This document shows, one piece after another, positions 1-22,528 of a stretch of DNA of 64,000 bases. Under the pieces are notes generated by a model. It worked only from the letters and a program-made list of their open reading frames with translations, did no database searches and was not told the origin of the DNA. The position numbers were made by a program, and so were the translations under genes. The stretch is taken from the NCBI RefSeq assembly GCF_009914755.1, contig NC_060940.1. One strand, 5' to 3'. Within the stretch, counting starts at the first letter, position 1. Each line of letters begins with the position of its first letter. Source of the stretch: the human T2T-CHM13v2.0 reference genome, Homo sapiens.

Positions 1-217
1 CGCTGACGTGGAACCATCATCACCCGAACCCAAGAGGCGGAGGGTCGGTGATGTGGAACCGTCACGCAAACCCAAGAGGCGGAGGGCCGCTGACGTGGAA
101 CCATCATCACCCGAACCCAAGAGGCGGAGGGTCGGTGACGTGGAACCGTCACGCAAACCCAAGAGGCGGAGGGCCGCTGACGTGGAACCATCATTACCCG
201 AACCCAAGAGGCGGAGG
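1..217 (+). repeat. Coding VNTR, 87-bp unit (45+42 nt subunits; KRRRAADVEPSSPEP / KRRRVGDVEPSRKP), ~2.5 units visible
   Basis: cgctgacgtggaaccatca recurs at 1, 88 and 175 (period 87) with near-perfect identity. Confidence 0.95.
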
Positions 218-226
218 TTGAGCTGA
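2..226 (+). CDS. NPIPB: 3' end of the last coding exon of an NPIPB-subfamily gene (nuclear pore complex-interacting protein, LCR16a core duplicon); 5'-partial, probably NPIPB4
   Basis: Frame from nt 2 reads ADVEPSSPEPKRRRVGDVEPSRKPKRRRAADVEPS...LPEPKRRRLS and stops at TGA 224-226, the C-terminus I recognise for NPIPB3/4/5-type proteins. The ORF-track start at 8 is an internal GTG. The exact paralog cannot be determined from this fragment. Confidence 0.9.
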   Translation, partial: ADVEPSSPEPKRRRVGDVEPSRKPKRRRAADVEPSSPEPKRRRVGDVEPSRKPKRRRAADVEPSLPEPKRRRLS

Positions 227-260
227 GAAGAGGCCAGTGCACTCAAGCCTGAGCAATAAG

Positions 261-362
261 AATAAAACCGAGTAGAACAAAATAAAAAATTCAAAAAACA
301 AAACAAAACCCACACTCCAAAAACTAACAAAGAATAAATAAATAATATAAAAATAAAATAAA
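261..362 (+). terminator. NPIPB polyadenylation signal cluster in an A-rich 3' UTR
   Basis: AATAAA at 261-266, 281-286 and several more up to ~360, followed by a T/GT-rich downstream tract (~375-395). Confidence 0.65.
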
Positions 363-489
363 TACTGCAGTCCTTATGTTATTGCTTTGTTTCGATATCT
401 GGTATGATTGCCTGAGGGACCTGAGGTTTTTAATCATAGGGGTTTTTTTTTAATCTTTAGAAGTGGTTGGTTATGTAAAATATTATTAT

Positions 490-3770
<3,281 letters not shown>

Positions 3771-4046
3771 CTAACGAGCTATAGCTTTGTGGAAATGGGC
3801 GAGTGGCGTGCCCTTGTGAGCCTCAGGGCCGCATCTGTAAAATGGGCATAACTGTCATGCCTGTCTTTAAGAACAGCCTTGGGGGTAAATGAGTGGAACT
3901 AATGGAAAGATCTCAGCCCACAACCTTCCACAGAACAGGCGCTTCTCACACAGTAAGTAGCAGGAGTGCAGAGGCTGCAGGCATGAATCCAGTCAGACTG
4001 CAGACTGCCTGGGTTCAAGTCCCAGCTCCCACGTCTTGGTAACTAA

Positions 4047-4354
<308 letters not shown>

Positions 4355-4488
4355 TAGGCGTGAGCCACCGCACCTGGACACATTACTTAATATTTCTGTG
4401 CCTTGGTTTCTTCATCTGTGAAATGGGATTGTTGTGAGAATGCAAAGGGATTCCCAGGGCAGTTCCTAGTGCATAGTCTGGCTGCCTT

Positions 4489-4525
4489 TGTGTGTGTGTG
4501 TGTGTGTGTGCATGTGTGTGTGTGT
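4489..4525. repeat. (TG)n microsatellite, interrupted
   Basis: Directly visible. Confidence 0.9.
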
Positions 4526-4589
4526 TTAATATAGAGACAGGGTCTCACTATGTTGCCTAGGCTGGTTTCAAACTCCTGGGCTCCAGTGA

Positions 4590-4775
<186 letters not shown>

Positions 4776-5898
4776 TGAGTAGCTGGTACTATAGTCACCG
4801 GGCTCCTTGCCTGGCTAAGTTTTGTATTTTTAGTAGAGATGCGGTTTAGTGATTCTCCTGCATCAGCCTCTTGAGTAGCTGGTACTATAATCACTTAGCT
4901 CCTTGCCCAGCTAATTTTTGTATTGTTAGTAGAGATGCGGTTTCCTTTTTTTTTTTTTTTTTTGAGATGGAGTTTCGCTCTTGTTGCCTAGGCTGGAGTG
5001 CAGTGGTGCTATCTCGGTTCACCACAGCCTCCGCCTCCTGGGTTCAAGCGATTCTCCTCCTCAGCCTCCCGAGTAGCTGGGATTACAGGCATGTGCCACC
5101 GCACCTGGCTAATTTTGTATTTTTAGTAGAGACGGGGTTTCCCCATGTTGGTCAGGCTAGTCTCGAACTCCTGATGTCAGGTGATCTGCCTTCCTTGGCC
5201 TCCCAAAGTGCTGGGATTACAGGCATGAGCCAGCATGCCAGGCTGGCCCTTTTTTTTTTTTTTTTAATCACTTAACATATATCTTGGAGAACTTTCCATT
5301 TTGGGAGTTAAAGAGATTTGTTTGTTTGTTTGTTTTGAGACAGGGTCTCCCTCTGTGGCCCAGGCTGGAGCTGGACCTTGGCTCAGTCCAACTTCCACCC
5401 CCCGGGCTCAAGCAATCCTCCCACTTCAGCCTTCCAAGTAGCTGGGTCTATGGGCACATGCCACCACATCCCGCTACTTTTTATAGTTTTTGTAGAGATA
5501 GGATTTTACCATGTTGCCCAGGCTGGTCTTGAACTCCTGAGCTCAAGTGATCCACCTGCTTCAGCCTCCCAAATTACTGGGATTACAGGCATGAGCCATC
5601 TTGCCCAGCCTGTTTTTTATTTAATATCTACTAAGTGCCAACTACCATAGAGGACATAAAGATGATTCAGTCTCTGCAGAAGTCATTTTCTTTCTCTTTC
5701 CTGTTGTACAGCACAAAATTAATGGACTAAATAGTCTGTCACTAGATAAAGAAGCCCTAAGTAATCAGGCACTTGCTGCAGTTTTTACAAAGTTTAAAAA
5801 GCCATATGAAACACAGTATACTCCAAGTAATAAGAGGCAAAATATGTGAAGTGTTACTGCTGGGGAATTTACGGACTATTCTTTTCTACAATATATCT

Positions 5899-6588
<690 letters not shown>

Positions 6589-7547
6589 GTACCTATCTGT
6601 TGACTGGGCGCAGTGGCTCACGTCTGTAATCCCAGCACTTCGGGAGGCTTAGACAGGTGGATCACGAGGTGAGGAGATCGAGACCATCCTGGCTAATATG
6701 GTGAAACCCCGTCTCTACTAAAAATACAAAAAATTTAGCTGGGCTCGGTGGCGGGCGCCTGTAGTCCCAGCTACTCAGGAGGCTGAGGCACGAGAATGGC
6801 ATGAACCCGGGAGGCGGAGCTTGCAGTGAGCCGAGATCATGCCACTGCAGTCCGTCCTGGGCGAAAGAGCGAGACTCCGTCTCAAAAAACAAACAAACAA
6901 ACAAACAAACAAACAAAAAAGACCGTGCCTTTCTGTCTGTCTCCCTCATAGGTCAGTTTCCACCTGATTGTAACCACATCAAGTATCCTAGTATATTTCA
7001 TATTTACAGAAAAATAAATGGGCAAATACTGTCATTTACAGAGAACCTGCCCTGTCCTGTACACTGTGACATATTTTGTGGTTTGTGATTATGTGCTCTG
7101 ATCCTTACGATAGCTCTAAAATAGCTCAAAAAGTTATTCCCATTTTGTACATAAGAAAATTGAAGTTCTGGAAACATAAGGCAATTGCCCAAAGTAATAG
7201 AGTAAATGACAAAGCTAGGATTTCTTTCTTTCTTCCATTAATTAATTAATTATTTGAGATAGGGTCCCTGTTGTGGGATGCAGTGGGGAGATCATAGCTC
7301 ACTGCAGTCTCGACCTCCTGGGCTCAACTGATCCTCACGTCTCAGCCTCCTGAGTAGCCGGGACTACAGGTGCACACCAACACTATGGCTAATTCTTGTA
7401 TTTTTCTGTAGAGGTCTGCCTAGGCTAGGCAGAGATTCTGGCTAGGCTGGTCTCAAACTCCTGGGCTCAAGCAATTCTCCTGCCTCACCCTCCCATATAG
7501 CTGGGACCGCAGGTGTGTGCCACCACTCCCAGCTGACTTGTTTATAC

Positions 7548-7773
7548 CAGTGGTTCTTAATTGGAAGAGTTTTGTACCCCGGGGACATTTGGCAACATCT
7601 GGAGATGTTTTTGAATGTTACAGTGGGGAGGAGGGGAATGCTACTGTCACCTACTGCGTAGAGGCAAGGGATGCTGCTGAACATCCCACAATGCACAGAA
7701 CAGCCTCCTCCCCACCCAACAGAGAAGTATCTGGTTGGCCCAAAATCTCAATGATGCCAAGTCTAAGAAACTG
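7548..7773 (+). mobile_element. MER20 (hAT-Charlie DNA transposon relic)
   Basis: cagtggttctt...ggggacatttggcaacatctggagatg...gatgctgctgaacatcccacaatgcacag matches the MER20 consensus as recalled. Confidence 0.8.
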
Positions 7774-8703
7774 CTTTGTATTTCTCTGAGATACTGGGAT
7801 GAGGAACGCTCTAAATTAGTTGTCTTTGAGGATAATGTATGCATACATACACATATATGTGTATACATGTATATAACTAAAGATATATAGTTGAGATCTT
7901 GCATTTGTGTTAATGAATGTAGTTTTTATAAAGATAATTGACTCATACATTAATTGTTGACTCTTTGGAAAGGAAAAAGGACAAATGAGATACATGCTAT
8001 TGGTTTTGTTATTTAGAAATTGTTCGTGTGGATCCTCCCTACCATTCAGCCATTTGCAAACCATTAGTTGAGCATAACTTAATCCCTTCTAGTTCACAGC
8101 AAAGATTCATCAAAAGCCATTTGGTATACTGTCACCTCATCTCTCTACCAGTGTTGATTAGATTACAGGAGGGTTACAGGAGGGCACCTTATCCAAATTG
8201 GCCAATGATAAATTCTTTTTTGGTACCTTACTATATATTTGTATCCTCAGAACAAATTCTCCTTTCTGCTTAAGCTGGCTTGACTTCATTTCTTTCACTA
8301 GCAAGCTAAGAGGCTTTGGCCAACAGAACTACTCTAGGGGTAGCTGTAAAATTTATCTCTAAGGAAAGGCTGCTCTTTTGAAAACACAGTTTAATGGGTC
8401 TTCTGGGTATATGACGATAGTAAAGCAAAATTTTGTTCTGGAATGAAGAAGCTGATTACATTGTTGTATTACAAACAATATATTACTCAGTGAAGTGAAA
8501 GGCCACACTGTGGGCAGGGTGGTGACTTTGCAGATAGCATGTTAATCCTTGCATGCTTTTTGTTGTTTCTCTTTTTGGAGGGGGAGGGTCTTAATTTTCT
8601 TTGGCCCTCCCCCACCCCCTTTATTTTCTCTGGGGAAGGCAAGACTGGATAAGGAGGCTTTTATCCTGCCAAGATGAGTTGGCCCACAGGACAATTTGAC
8701 TGA

Positions 8704-9119
<416 letters not shown>

Positions 9120-9387
9120 TAAATCTTTTTAAAAACTTGGCAGCCTTAGTCTTAGCTGTGCTTTGGGAAAATAAGGAGCTGCACTCAAGCTTAAGAAGAT
9201 ATTGCTGGAAGTGTACATTGGCACAGCCTTCGAAGCTTCTTGGTGCCCTCCTGTAACCCAATCGACACTGGCTAGAGAGATGAGGTCATATTGCATCAAA
9301 TGGCTTCCAGTGATTCTTTGCTGTGGACAAGAAAGTTGCTCTTTTTCTTTGAGAAAGTTGCTCTTTTTCTTTGAGAGGGAGTTTTGA

Positions 9388-9528
<141 letters not shown>

Positions 9529-9918
9529 TAGTAGAGACAGGGTTTTTCCATGTTGGTCAGGCTGGTCTCGAACTCCCGACCTCAGGTGATCCACCCATGT
9601 TGGCCTCCAAAAGTGCTGGGATTACAGGCGTGAGCCACCACGCCCAGCCAAGAAGGTCACTCTTTATGCTCAACAAATGTATTGCAAATGGCTGAAAGGT
9701 AGGGAGGATCCAGATGAACAATTTCTAAATAGGAAAACTAATAGCCAGACACGATGGCTCACACCTGTAATCCCAGCATTTTAGGAGGTCGAGGCAGGCA
9801 GATCACCTGATGTCAGGCATTTGAGACCAGCCTGGGCAACACGGAGAAACCCCATGTCTACTAAAAATACAAAAATTAGCCAGGTGTGGTGGCGGGCATG
9901 TGTAGTCCCAGCTACTCA

Positions 9919-10116
<198 letters not shown>

Positions 10117-10513
10117 CTAGAAAAACACTTGTACACATACATCAGGAAACGATACAAGAATATTCAGGCTGGTCGCGGTGGCTTGCCTATAATCTCAGCA
10201 TTTTGGGAGGCCGAGGTGGGAGGACGGCGAGAGATCATGCCACTGCGCTCCAGCCTGGGCAACAGAGGGAGACTCCGTCTCAAAAAAAAAAAAAAAAAAA
10301 AGCATAATGTTGAAAACAAACAGCAGTATAATACAGCATGGAGATAACTTTATAAAATGCAAAGACAAATAAAAGTAAATATAGTGCATTGTTTAGGAGT
10401 ATAAATATGGTAATTATGCAAAGAAAACTAAAATGACTTTTAAAAATCATGATGGTGACTATTTTTGGGAGGAAAGCAGGTAGAAGGTGGGATCTGAGAG
10501 CAGCACACAGTAA

Positions 10514-10829
<316 letters not shown>

Positions 10830-10966
10830 TGATCCACCTGCCTCGGCCTCCCAAAGTGCTGGGATTACAGGCGGGAGCCGCTGCGCCCAGCCCATTATGT
10901 TCTTATAACTTACATTAACATATTATTTTATATATGTCAAGCTTTTTTTCCCTTTTTTTTTTTTAA

Positions 10967-11641
<675 letters not shown>

Positions 11642-12350
11642 CCTGGGTAAGTTTTTTAAAAGTGTTATTTGTAGAGACGGAGTCTGGCTGTGTTGCCTGG
11701 GCTGGTCTCAAACTCCTGGCTTCAAGGTATCCTCCTGCCTCAGCCTCCCAAAGCTCTGGCATTACAGGTGTGAGCCACTGCACCCAGACTCAGACTTTTT
11801 TTAAGGGAAAGAATGGGAGTGTAGGTGGGGAGACACACTTTGGGAGGCCAAGGTGGGAGGATCACTTGGGCCGGGGGTTCAAGACCAGTCTGGGCAACAA
11901 AGTGAGACCTCGTATTTACCAAAAATACAAAAAATTAGCTGGGCTTGGTGGTGTGGGTTTGGGAGGCTGAGGTGAGAGGATTGCATAAGCTGTAGGAGCC
12001 CGAGGCTGCAACGAGCTGTGATCGCGCCATTGCGCTCTAACTTGGGCTAGACAATGAGATCCTGTCTCAAACCAAAACAAAACAAAACAGATAATTGTCA
12101 AATTGCTGTTTTGCTATTGTTGCTTTTTGTTTTTGCTTCGCTTTGCCTTGGAAGTGAAGAAGAGATTCTCATTTAAACAGTTATCTTGAAGTATCTTTGT
12201 GAACTAGGGTGCAATTATTTCCTCTGTCCTTGAGACACAGATGATTCCTGTCCAACATTCCCAAGGAACTCAGTAAGGACCAAATAGAGACTCAGGAAAG
12301 ACAGTTACTGATTTTACACTGTTGCAAAACAGAGCTATGGTTTATGTTTA

Positions 12351-12638
<288 letters not shown>

Positions 12639-12805
12639 TCAAAAAAAACACAAAAAACAAAAAAACCAAATTGCTGTATTTTATTTTGTGAAATAGGGTC
12701 TAGCTCTGTTGTCCAGGCTGGAGTGCAGGGGTGCAATCACAGCTCACTGCAGCCTTGACCTCCAGGGCTCAATCGATCCTCCCTCCTCAGTTTTCAAGTA
12801 GCTGA

Positions 12806-13381
<576 letters not shown>

Positions 13382-13622
13382 TAAATTTTTTGTAGAGATG
13401 GAGTTTCACCGTGTCACCCAGGCTGGATATTTTTGTATTTTTGATAGGCCTGTACAGTTTCCAAAGTTGCAACCTTTCCCCCTCCCTGAGAGTAGGGGCA
13501 GCCCCGGCTCTCCCTCTACATCCTCCACAGTCCCGAGGTTTTGGCCTCTGTTTCCTCTGTTTCCTATGCTTGGAACACCAGTCGCTCTTTTGTTGGTCTG
13601 GCTGACTTCTGTTCCTCTTTTA

Positions 13623-14006
<384 letters not shown>

Positions 14007-14309
14007 TCATGCCAGCATCATCACAGCCTTGAGGCTCTGGGGTAGGTCACTTCGTCGAGCTCGTTTCCATGAGGATAACGTTATCTTGGGTGTCTGTGAG
14101 AATGCTGCACTGAGTATAGAGCCCAGGCTCCTGGGTCAGCCGGGTTCGAATCCCCTTTCCTCCGTGAAGATCTGGGTCAGTCACAAGTGCTTCAGTTTCT
14201 TCGATCTGACTGAGGGAGGCTTTGACTCCAAAAAATTAACACTTGAGTGTACCTGGCCACAGCTTAGCACATCCAGGGTGTTTCCACCCTTTCTTTGGGA
14301 TCCTCAGGG

Positions 14310-14775
14310 CTGGATGGAGCCGATCCTTCCCGTCTCTCCTTACACTCGCGCACTCACGCTGGCTGGAACAAGTCCTCCAAGTAGAACGAAGAGCGCGTTT
14401 TAGCGGCGCTCTAGCCCGCCGAGAGCATACGCCCTCCCCACACGGGGCCCCTGATTGTCTGAAGGTTGCGCTGGCACGCGCAACTTCCGGGACAGAGGCT
14501 GTGGCTGGAAGGAGCTGGGCATCCGGCCTGAGGCGCAGCGGTCGCGTTAGTTCGGCCCAATGGCGGCACCGCTGCTTCACACGTTGTTTGTCGGGAGATG
14601 CGGCCGCTTCGTCCTCTGCAGTCAAGACGCTGGGCGCGTCGAGGACTGGGTAAGATTCAGGCCGCTTCCTTCTGCGCGTCTGGGACCAAAGCTCAGGACC
14701 GCGCTTAGAGGAGCGGATTGAAAGGATGTGGGACAAAGCTAATGGCGTGTGATAGGAGCACGGGGTCGAGGGTCA
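14310..14775 (+). promoter_or_regulatory. CpG-island, TATA-less promoter of the RRN3 pseudogene, with an ETS/GABP motif (ACTTCCGG 14483-14490) and a YY1-like ATGGCGG at the start codon
   Basis: High GC and CpG density spanning exon 1, in contrast to CpG-depleted flanks; motifs read directly. Confidence 0.8.
14560..14649 (+). pseudogene. RRN3P1: RRN3P exon 1 (coding part) with a +1 frameshift after codon 8
   Basis: ATG GCG GCA CCG CTG CTT CAC ACG (MAAPLLHT), after which CLSGDAAASSSAVKTLGASRTG lies in the shifted frame; 90 nt versus 89 expected; donor GTAAGA at 14650. Confidence 0.9.
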
Positions 14776-16182
14776 TCTCACGTTCACAGAAATGAGCTCA
14801 TTCCTCCTAACTGGGTAATAGACATGGGTGGGGCCTGGAAAAGTGAGTATGTTCTCTGTTCTGGAGGCCCACTTTCCCGACTGTGTCTCTTCGTGATTTC
14901 CCAGGCCTGGGTACTGCCTTCTGCGCCTTGACCCCTCTTCCTTCCCTCTTCTTCGTCCAAATTTGGAAGGGATTTCCCTGGGCTATGTGGGTTATCAGCC
15001 GAACGTTGTCACTCATGGCAAATTGAATATTACATCTTTTTTGTTTGAAATTTGTTTCGACACACGTATTTGTTTCGCAGTCTTTATTTTGCTCCACTTT
15101 TAAAATCCCTAACCCCCATAGCACTCTTGGCGTTTAACTTTCAGAGTCATTAGGATGCTATGTTTTTTCATTAATTTACTACGTGTAAGTGAAGCAAACC
15201 TTGTAAAACAATTAGCGTAATATGATTCCTAATATTTATCGAGCTCCTGCTTACTGTGTTAAACACTGGGGACAGTGGTTTATCCAAAGACACTAATGTC
15301 CCTGCTTTCTACAGAGCTTACAGCATAGGGTGGGAAGGCAGTACACAGGCCAATAAATAAACGAACACGATGATTTCAGTTATACAACAAGGTAATGGGG
15401 GAGGGAGAAGGGAGAGAAGGAGTGTTCGAGATTTCTCATTGGGAAGACATCTGTCATTTCAGCTTCTACTTGAATGAAGACAAAAATCTAGGCCGGGCGC
15501 GGTTGCTCACGCCTGTAATCCCAGCACTTTGGGAGGCCGAGGTGGGCGGATCACCTGAAGTCAGGAGTTCGAGACCAGCCTGGCCAACATGCGAAACCTC
15601 GTCTCTACTGAAAATACAAAAATTAGCCAGGCGTGGTGGCAGGTGCCTGTAATCCCAGCTACTCAGGAGGCTGAGGCAGGAGAATTGCTTGAACCCGGAG
15701 ATGGAGGTTGCAGTTAAGCTGAGATCACACCACTGCACTCCAGCCTGGGCAGCAGAGCAAGACTCCATCTCAAAAAAAAAAAAAAATCCAGCCACGTAGA
15801 GATTTGGGAAAAGAGTATTTCCAATAGAGTGAACAGTAAGTGAAATGAGAAACAGCTTGGCTTGTTTGAAGAGCAGAAAAGACATGATGGCTGTAGTAAA
15901 ACAAGTTGTTGGAGATGAGGTGAGAGAGGTAGGCGGGGGCCAGATTAATGTAGGATTTTAAAGACCACACTGAGAGATTTGGATTGTTACTGTAAGTGCA
16001 GTGGGAAGACAGTTATTGGTTGCTGAGCAAAGGAGGGATTGTTGGTTAAGAGTGGAAGCAGGGAGACCAGTAAAGAGGCCTTAACAATAGTCCCACTGAA
16101 TTATGTTGGTTCAATAAAGGTTGGCTATTATAATTTTTATTATTTTCATGAACTTAATAGCTTGTTAATCTTGGTTCCACAG

Positions 16183-16288
16183 GATTTCAAATATGCGTGC
16201 ATTAGAGAATGATTTTTTCAATTCTCCCCCAAGAAAAACTGTTCGGTTTGGTGGAACTGTGACAGAAGTCTTGCTGAAGTACAAAAAG
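16183..16288 (+). pseudogene. RRN3P1: RRN3P exon 2
   Basis: cag|G ATT TCA AAT ATG...; ISNMRALENDFFNSPPRKTVRFGGTVTEVLLKYKK; donor GTAAGA. Confidence 0.95.
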
Positions 16289-16519
16289 GTAAGAGGAGAT
16301 AATGTGTGAGGTTTGCTTTTGGTCAGGTCAGAATACAACTATTGCTGTTATACTAAAGACCAATAGAAATAGCAAGATTAATTAAGATACCAGTTGAAAT
16401 CAAATATTTAATAATAGCATGATGCCGTCAGTGCAAAATTAGAGTAATAGTGTCCTTTTTTTCCCCCACCTTGGCCCATTTCACAGGTAATAATGAGAGA
16501 GTAATAATGTCTTTACTGA

Positions 16520-16837
<318 letters not shown>

Positions 16838-17425
16838 TGATCCACCCGCCTTGGCCTCCCAAAGTGCTGGGATTACAGATGTGAGCCACCATGCCTGGCC
16901 TACAGCATTTTATTTTTTGAGGAACTTACCTAAGCATTACTTTGGGACAGTAAACCGGTTCTCTGAATAGGGATTTTTGTTTTTGTGGTAGTTTAGAAGC
17001 ATTTCTACTATATCTCAGCAGTAGAGGGAAAATGTTAAGTAACCGTATGTTTATATGAAATATCCATTTGTATCCATATTTGAGTGAATACTTTTTTAGA
17101 TCCTCCTGAATTAGATCATTAGAGCTGGCTGTTTTTTCCCCTCATGCTTTTTGAGAATTCGCAGGAGTATCAACTATTATATTCAAATGTCAATACAGAA
17201 GTATAGCTAAATGTAGTTTATCATTTTCCTTTTTCCAAGCCCTCTGGCTGCACTAACATGAGTGTTTAAATTTTTGTAGTCATGATTTTATAATCCGCAA
17301 TTGACATGTGAAAGTTAGTGTTCCTTTTATAATTTCATCTGATGTTAAAGTACGGTTAAAAGTCTTGCTGTTGATACTAAACAGGAAACAAAAGCATAAC
17401 TTAATTCTTTCCCCTTCTTGTTAAG

Positions 17426-17482
17426 GGTGAAACAAATGACTTTGAGTTGTTGAAGAACCAGCTGTTAGATCCAGACATAAAG
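17426..17482 (+). pseudogene. RRN3P1: RRN3P exon 3
   Basis: GETNDFELLKNQLLDPDIK, flanked by AG and GT. Confidence 0.95.
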
Positions 17483-17606
17483 GTAATTAATTTTGTGTTT
17501 GATCATTAGCAAAATTATTGCCACTTTATACAGACATAGTTTGCTCTTTGGGTCCCATTCTGTTCTGCAGAACTTGCTCTCTCCATGGTCCTCCCTTACT
17601 TTAATC

Positions 17607-17821
17607 TGGTGGTTCTCAACCAGGGACAGTTTTACCCCCTAGAAGACATTTGGTGATGGCTGCAGATATTTTTGTCACAACTGGGAGGAAAGGGTGCTAC
17701 TGGCATCTAGTGGGTGAATGACAGAGATGCTGCTAAACATCTCACAGTGCACAGGGCAGCCTCCCATAACCAAGAGTGATCCAGCCCCAAATGACAACAG
17801 TGTTGAGGCTGGGAAACCCTG
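17607..17821 (+). mobile_element. MER20
   Basis: gtggttctcaaccaggg...gggtgctactggcatctagtggg...gggaaaccctg. Confidence 0.8.
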
Positions 17822-18184
17822 CTCTAATGCTTCCTTTCTATTAGATTACTACCTCTTTCCTCCATGCTGCATGCAACTCTTTTGTCTCTTTAAAGCTAAA
17901 ACAAACCAAAAAAAAAAAACAAACCACTGTTTCAGCATTTCCAGGTTCGAGATACACCTATCATGTAGTAAAACCTTAATACATTTTGTTTCACCATTCT
18001 TCCTTTACTGCCCAGTTTTGAAGAGAATGGTTTATTACCATGGCAGTGGTAGTTAGATTGCCTGGAATGAAATTCCAATTTTATTATCCAGTGTGTGATC
18101 TTGAGCAAATTGTTTTAACCTCTCTGCCTCTATTTTCCACTGTGTGAAACCAAGAAAACAATAGAGATTTAAAAAATATGGAGT

Positions 18185-20955
<2,771 letters not shown>

Positions 20956-22332
20956 GATTTACTTTTAAAAATGGTACAGTTTAAATGTTATCCTTATAGT
21001 TTTGTTGCAGTCTTTTTAGTGGAAAAGAGATAGGATAGATTATTTTATTTACACACTAACTTAGCTTGTTTTCTACATGCCTTTGGCCTTAGTGAGCTAC
21101 CGTTAATGTTATCCTTAACAGTTTTGGACATATGAAATTACCATAGTACAAATGAGTTGTGGTTTTACTTTATTTTACTGCCAGGCTACTTGGGATTTCA
21201 TCAGAAAATGGTTGATCTGTGGGAGTTTGACACATGGATATGGCATAGTAAGCACTCAGTAGCTGAATTAAGGTGGGGAAAAGGGGACAGCTTCTTCTCT
21301 GCATATAGGGAGGCATGTGGGATGGTGGACAGAGGATAGCCTTGACCGAGACAGATGGGTTTGGACCTGCTTCTTTACTGGCCTCTTGGTTGGGCAGATT
21401 GCTTATTAATCGTTCTTAGCCTCAGCTTCCTGAACAGCAAAATGGGAATAACTAAACATCTTGCAGAGTTCTTAGGATTAGAAGAAGATATATATGCGGA
21501 GTGTCAGGCACCATGCCTGGCATATGGTGTATTCTCACTAAATGATAACTCCATATGAATATCCCTGTAGGTATGATGACCTTGTGTTGCTTTTATTTAT
21601 ATGTCTAAGCCTTCCACAAATTAGGGGCTTTTTCTTAATGGTTTTTGTCCTGTGCAGTATATATGCATGAATATAATTAATATAGTAATATTTTACATAA
21701 TTGACACTGTATTTTATACCTTGCGTTTCAAATTTAGCAGTTCTTCTCATGTCACTAACAATTACTATGAACAGTAATTTGATTGCCTGAAAAATATTTC
21801 ATGGAGGAATGGGGCTATCATTTATACAGAACAAACACATCATAATATATTTAAACTCAGCCACAGATTTGGTTTAGAAAAGTTATGTTTATTCATGACC
21901 CCAATTGATCAGCCTAGACTGAATTTTATCAGCATGCTTCCTGGTCAGCTTGAATATAGAGGAAATAGAGGTAGCTATTGTTCCTTTGTGATCTTCTAAT
22001 ATTTCAATCTGCTAGAATTCTGCAGTTTTTAAAAGTCCCAGGTGTCAACATTTGAGGTGATTTCACTTTTTCAGGGCAAACAAAAGTGATCAGGCTGAAG
22101 TATTGCATTTAAGTCTTTCTCCTGTGTATTAGAGTTACTAGATTACTTTCTTAAAACGATTAAGTTTATTGTGACATCTTTTTCTGTTTTAATACCCAGT
22201 TTTGATTTCCTTCCAAGTTTGTGACCTTTTCCCCCCAACCTATTCTTGATAAATGATTGATATAAGATAGCTGTAAATTTCTGTTATCTTAGAGGATTTG
22301 TGATTTTGAAAGTACTCTTTGTTTAACTTAAG

Positions 22333-22422
22333 GATGACCAGATCATCAACTGGCTGCTAGAATTCCGTTCTTCTGTCATGTACTTGACAAAAGACTTTGA
22401 GCAACTTATCAGTATTATATTG
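22333..22422 (+). pseudogene. RRN3P1: RRN3P exon 4
   Basis: DDQIINWLLEFRSSVMYLTKDFEQLISIIL, AG/GT flanks, phase 0-0. Confidence 0.95.
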
Positions 22423-22528
22423 GTAAGTTCACCATTTATTTTACTGTCAAGTATGTAATTCAGAACTTTGGTAATAGTATATGTTATATTAATAACATGC
22501 TGCTTTTATCTTTCTTCCCCCACTCTAG

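Noticed and set aside
1-217. Regularly spaced repeats resembling a CRISPR array
   Set aside because: The intervening sequences are themselves repeated, the array is an in-frame coding VNTR, and the context is human with no cas genes.
14120-14200. Possible tRNA gene (GGTTCGAATCCC)
   Set aside because: No acceptor stem, D arm or anticodon arm could be formed; the context is MIR-like.
14236-14736. 166-aa antisense ORF and 136-aa sense ORF across the promoter
   Set aside because: Stop-poor GC-rich CpG island; only the end of the sense ORF is RRN3-derived, as a result of the frameshift.
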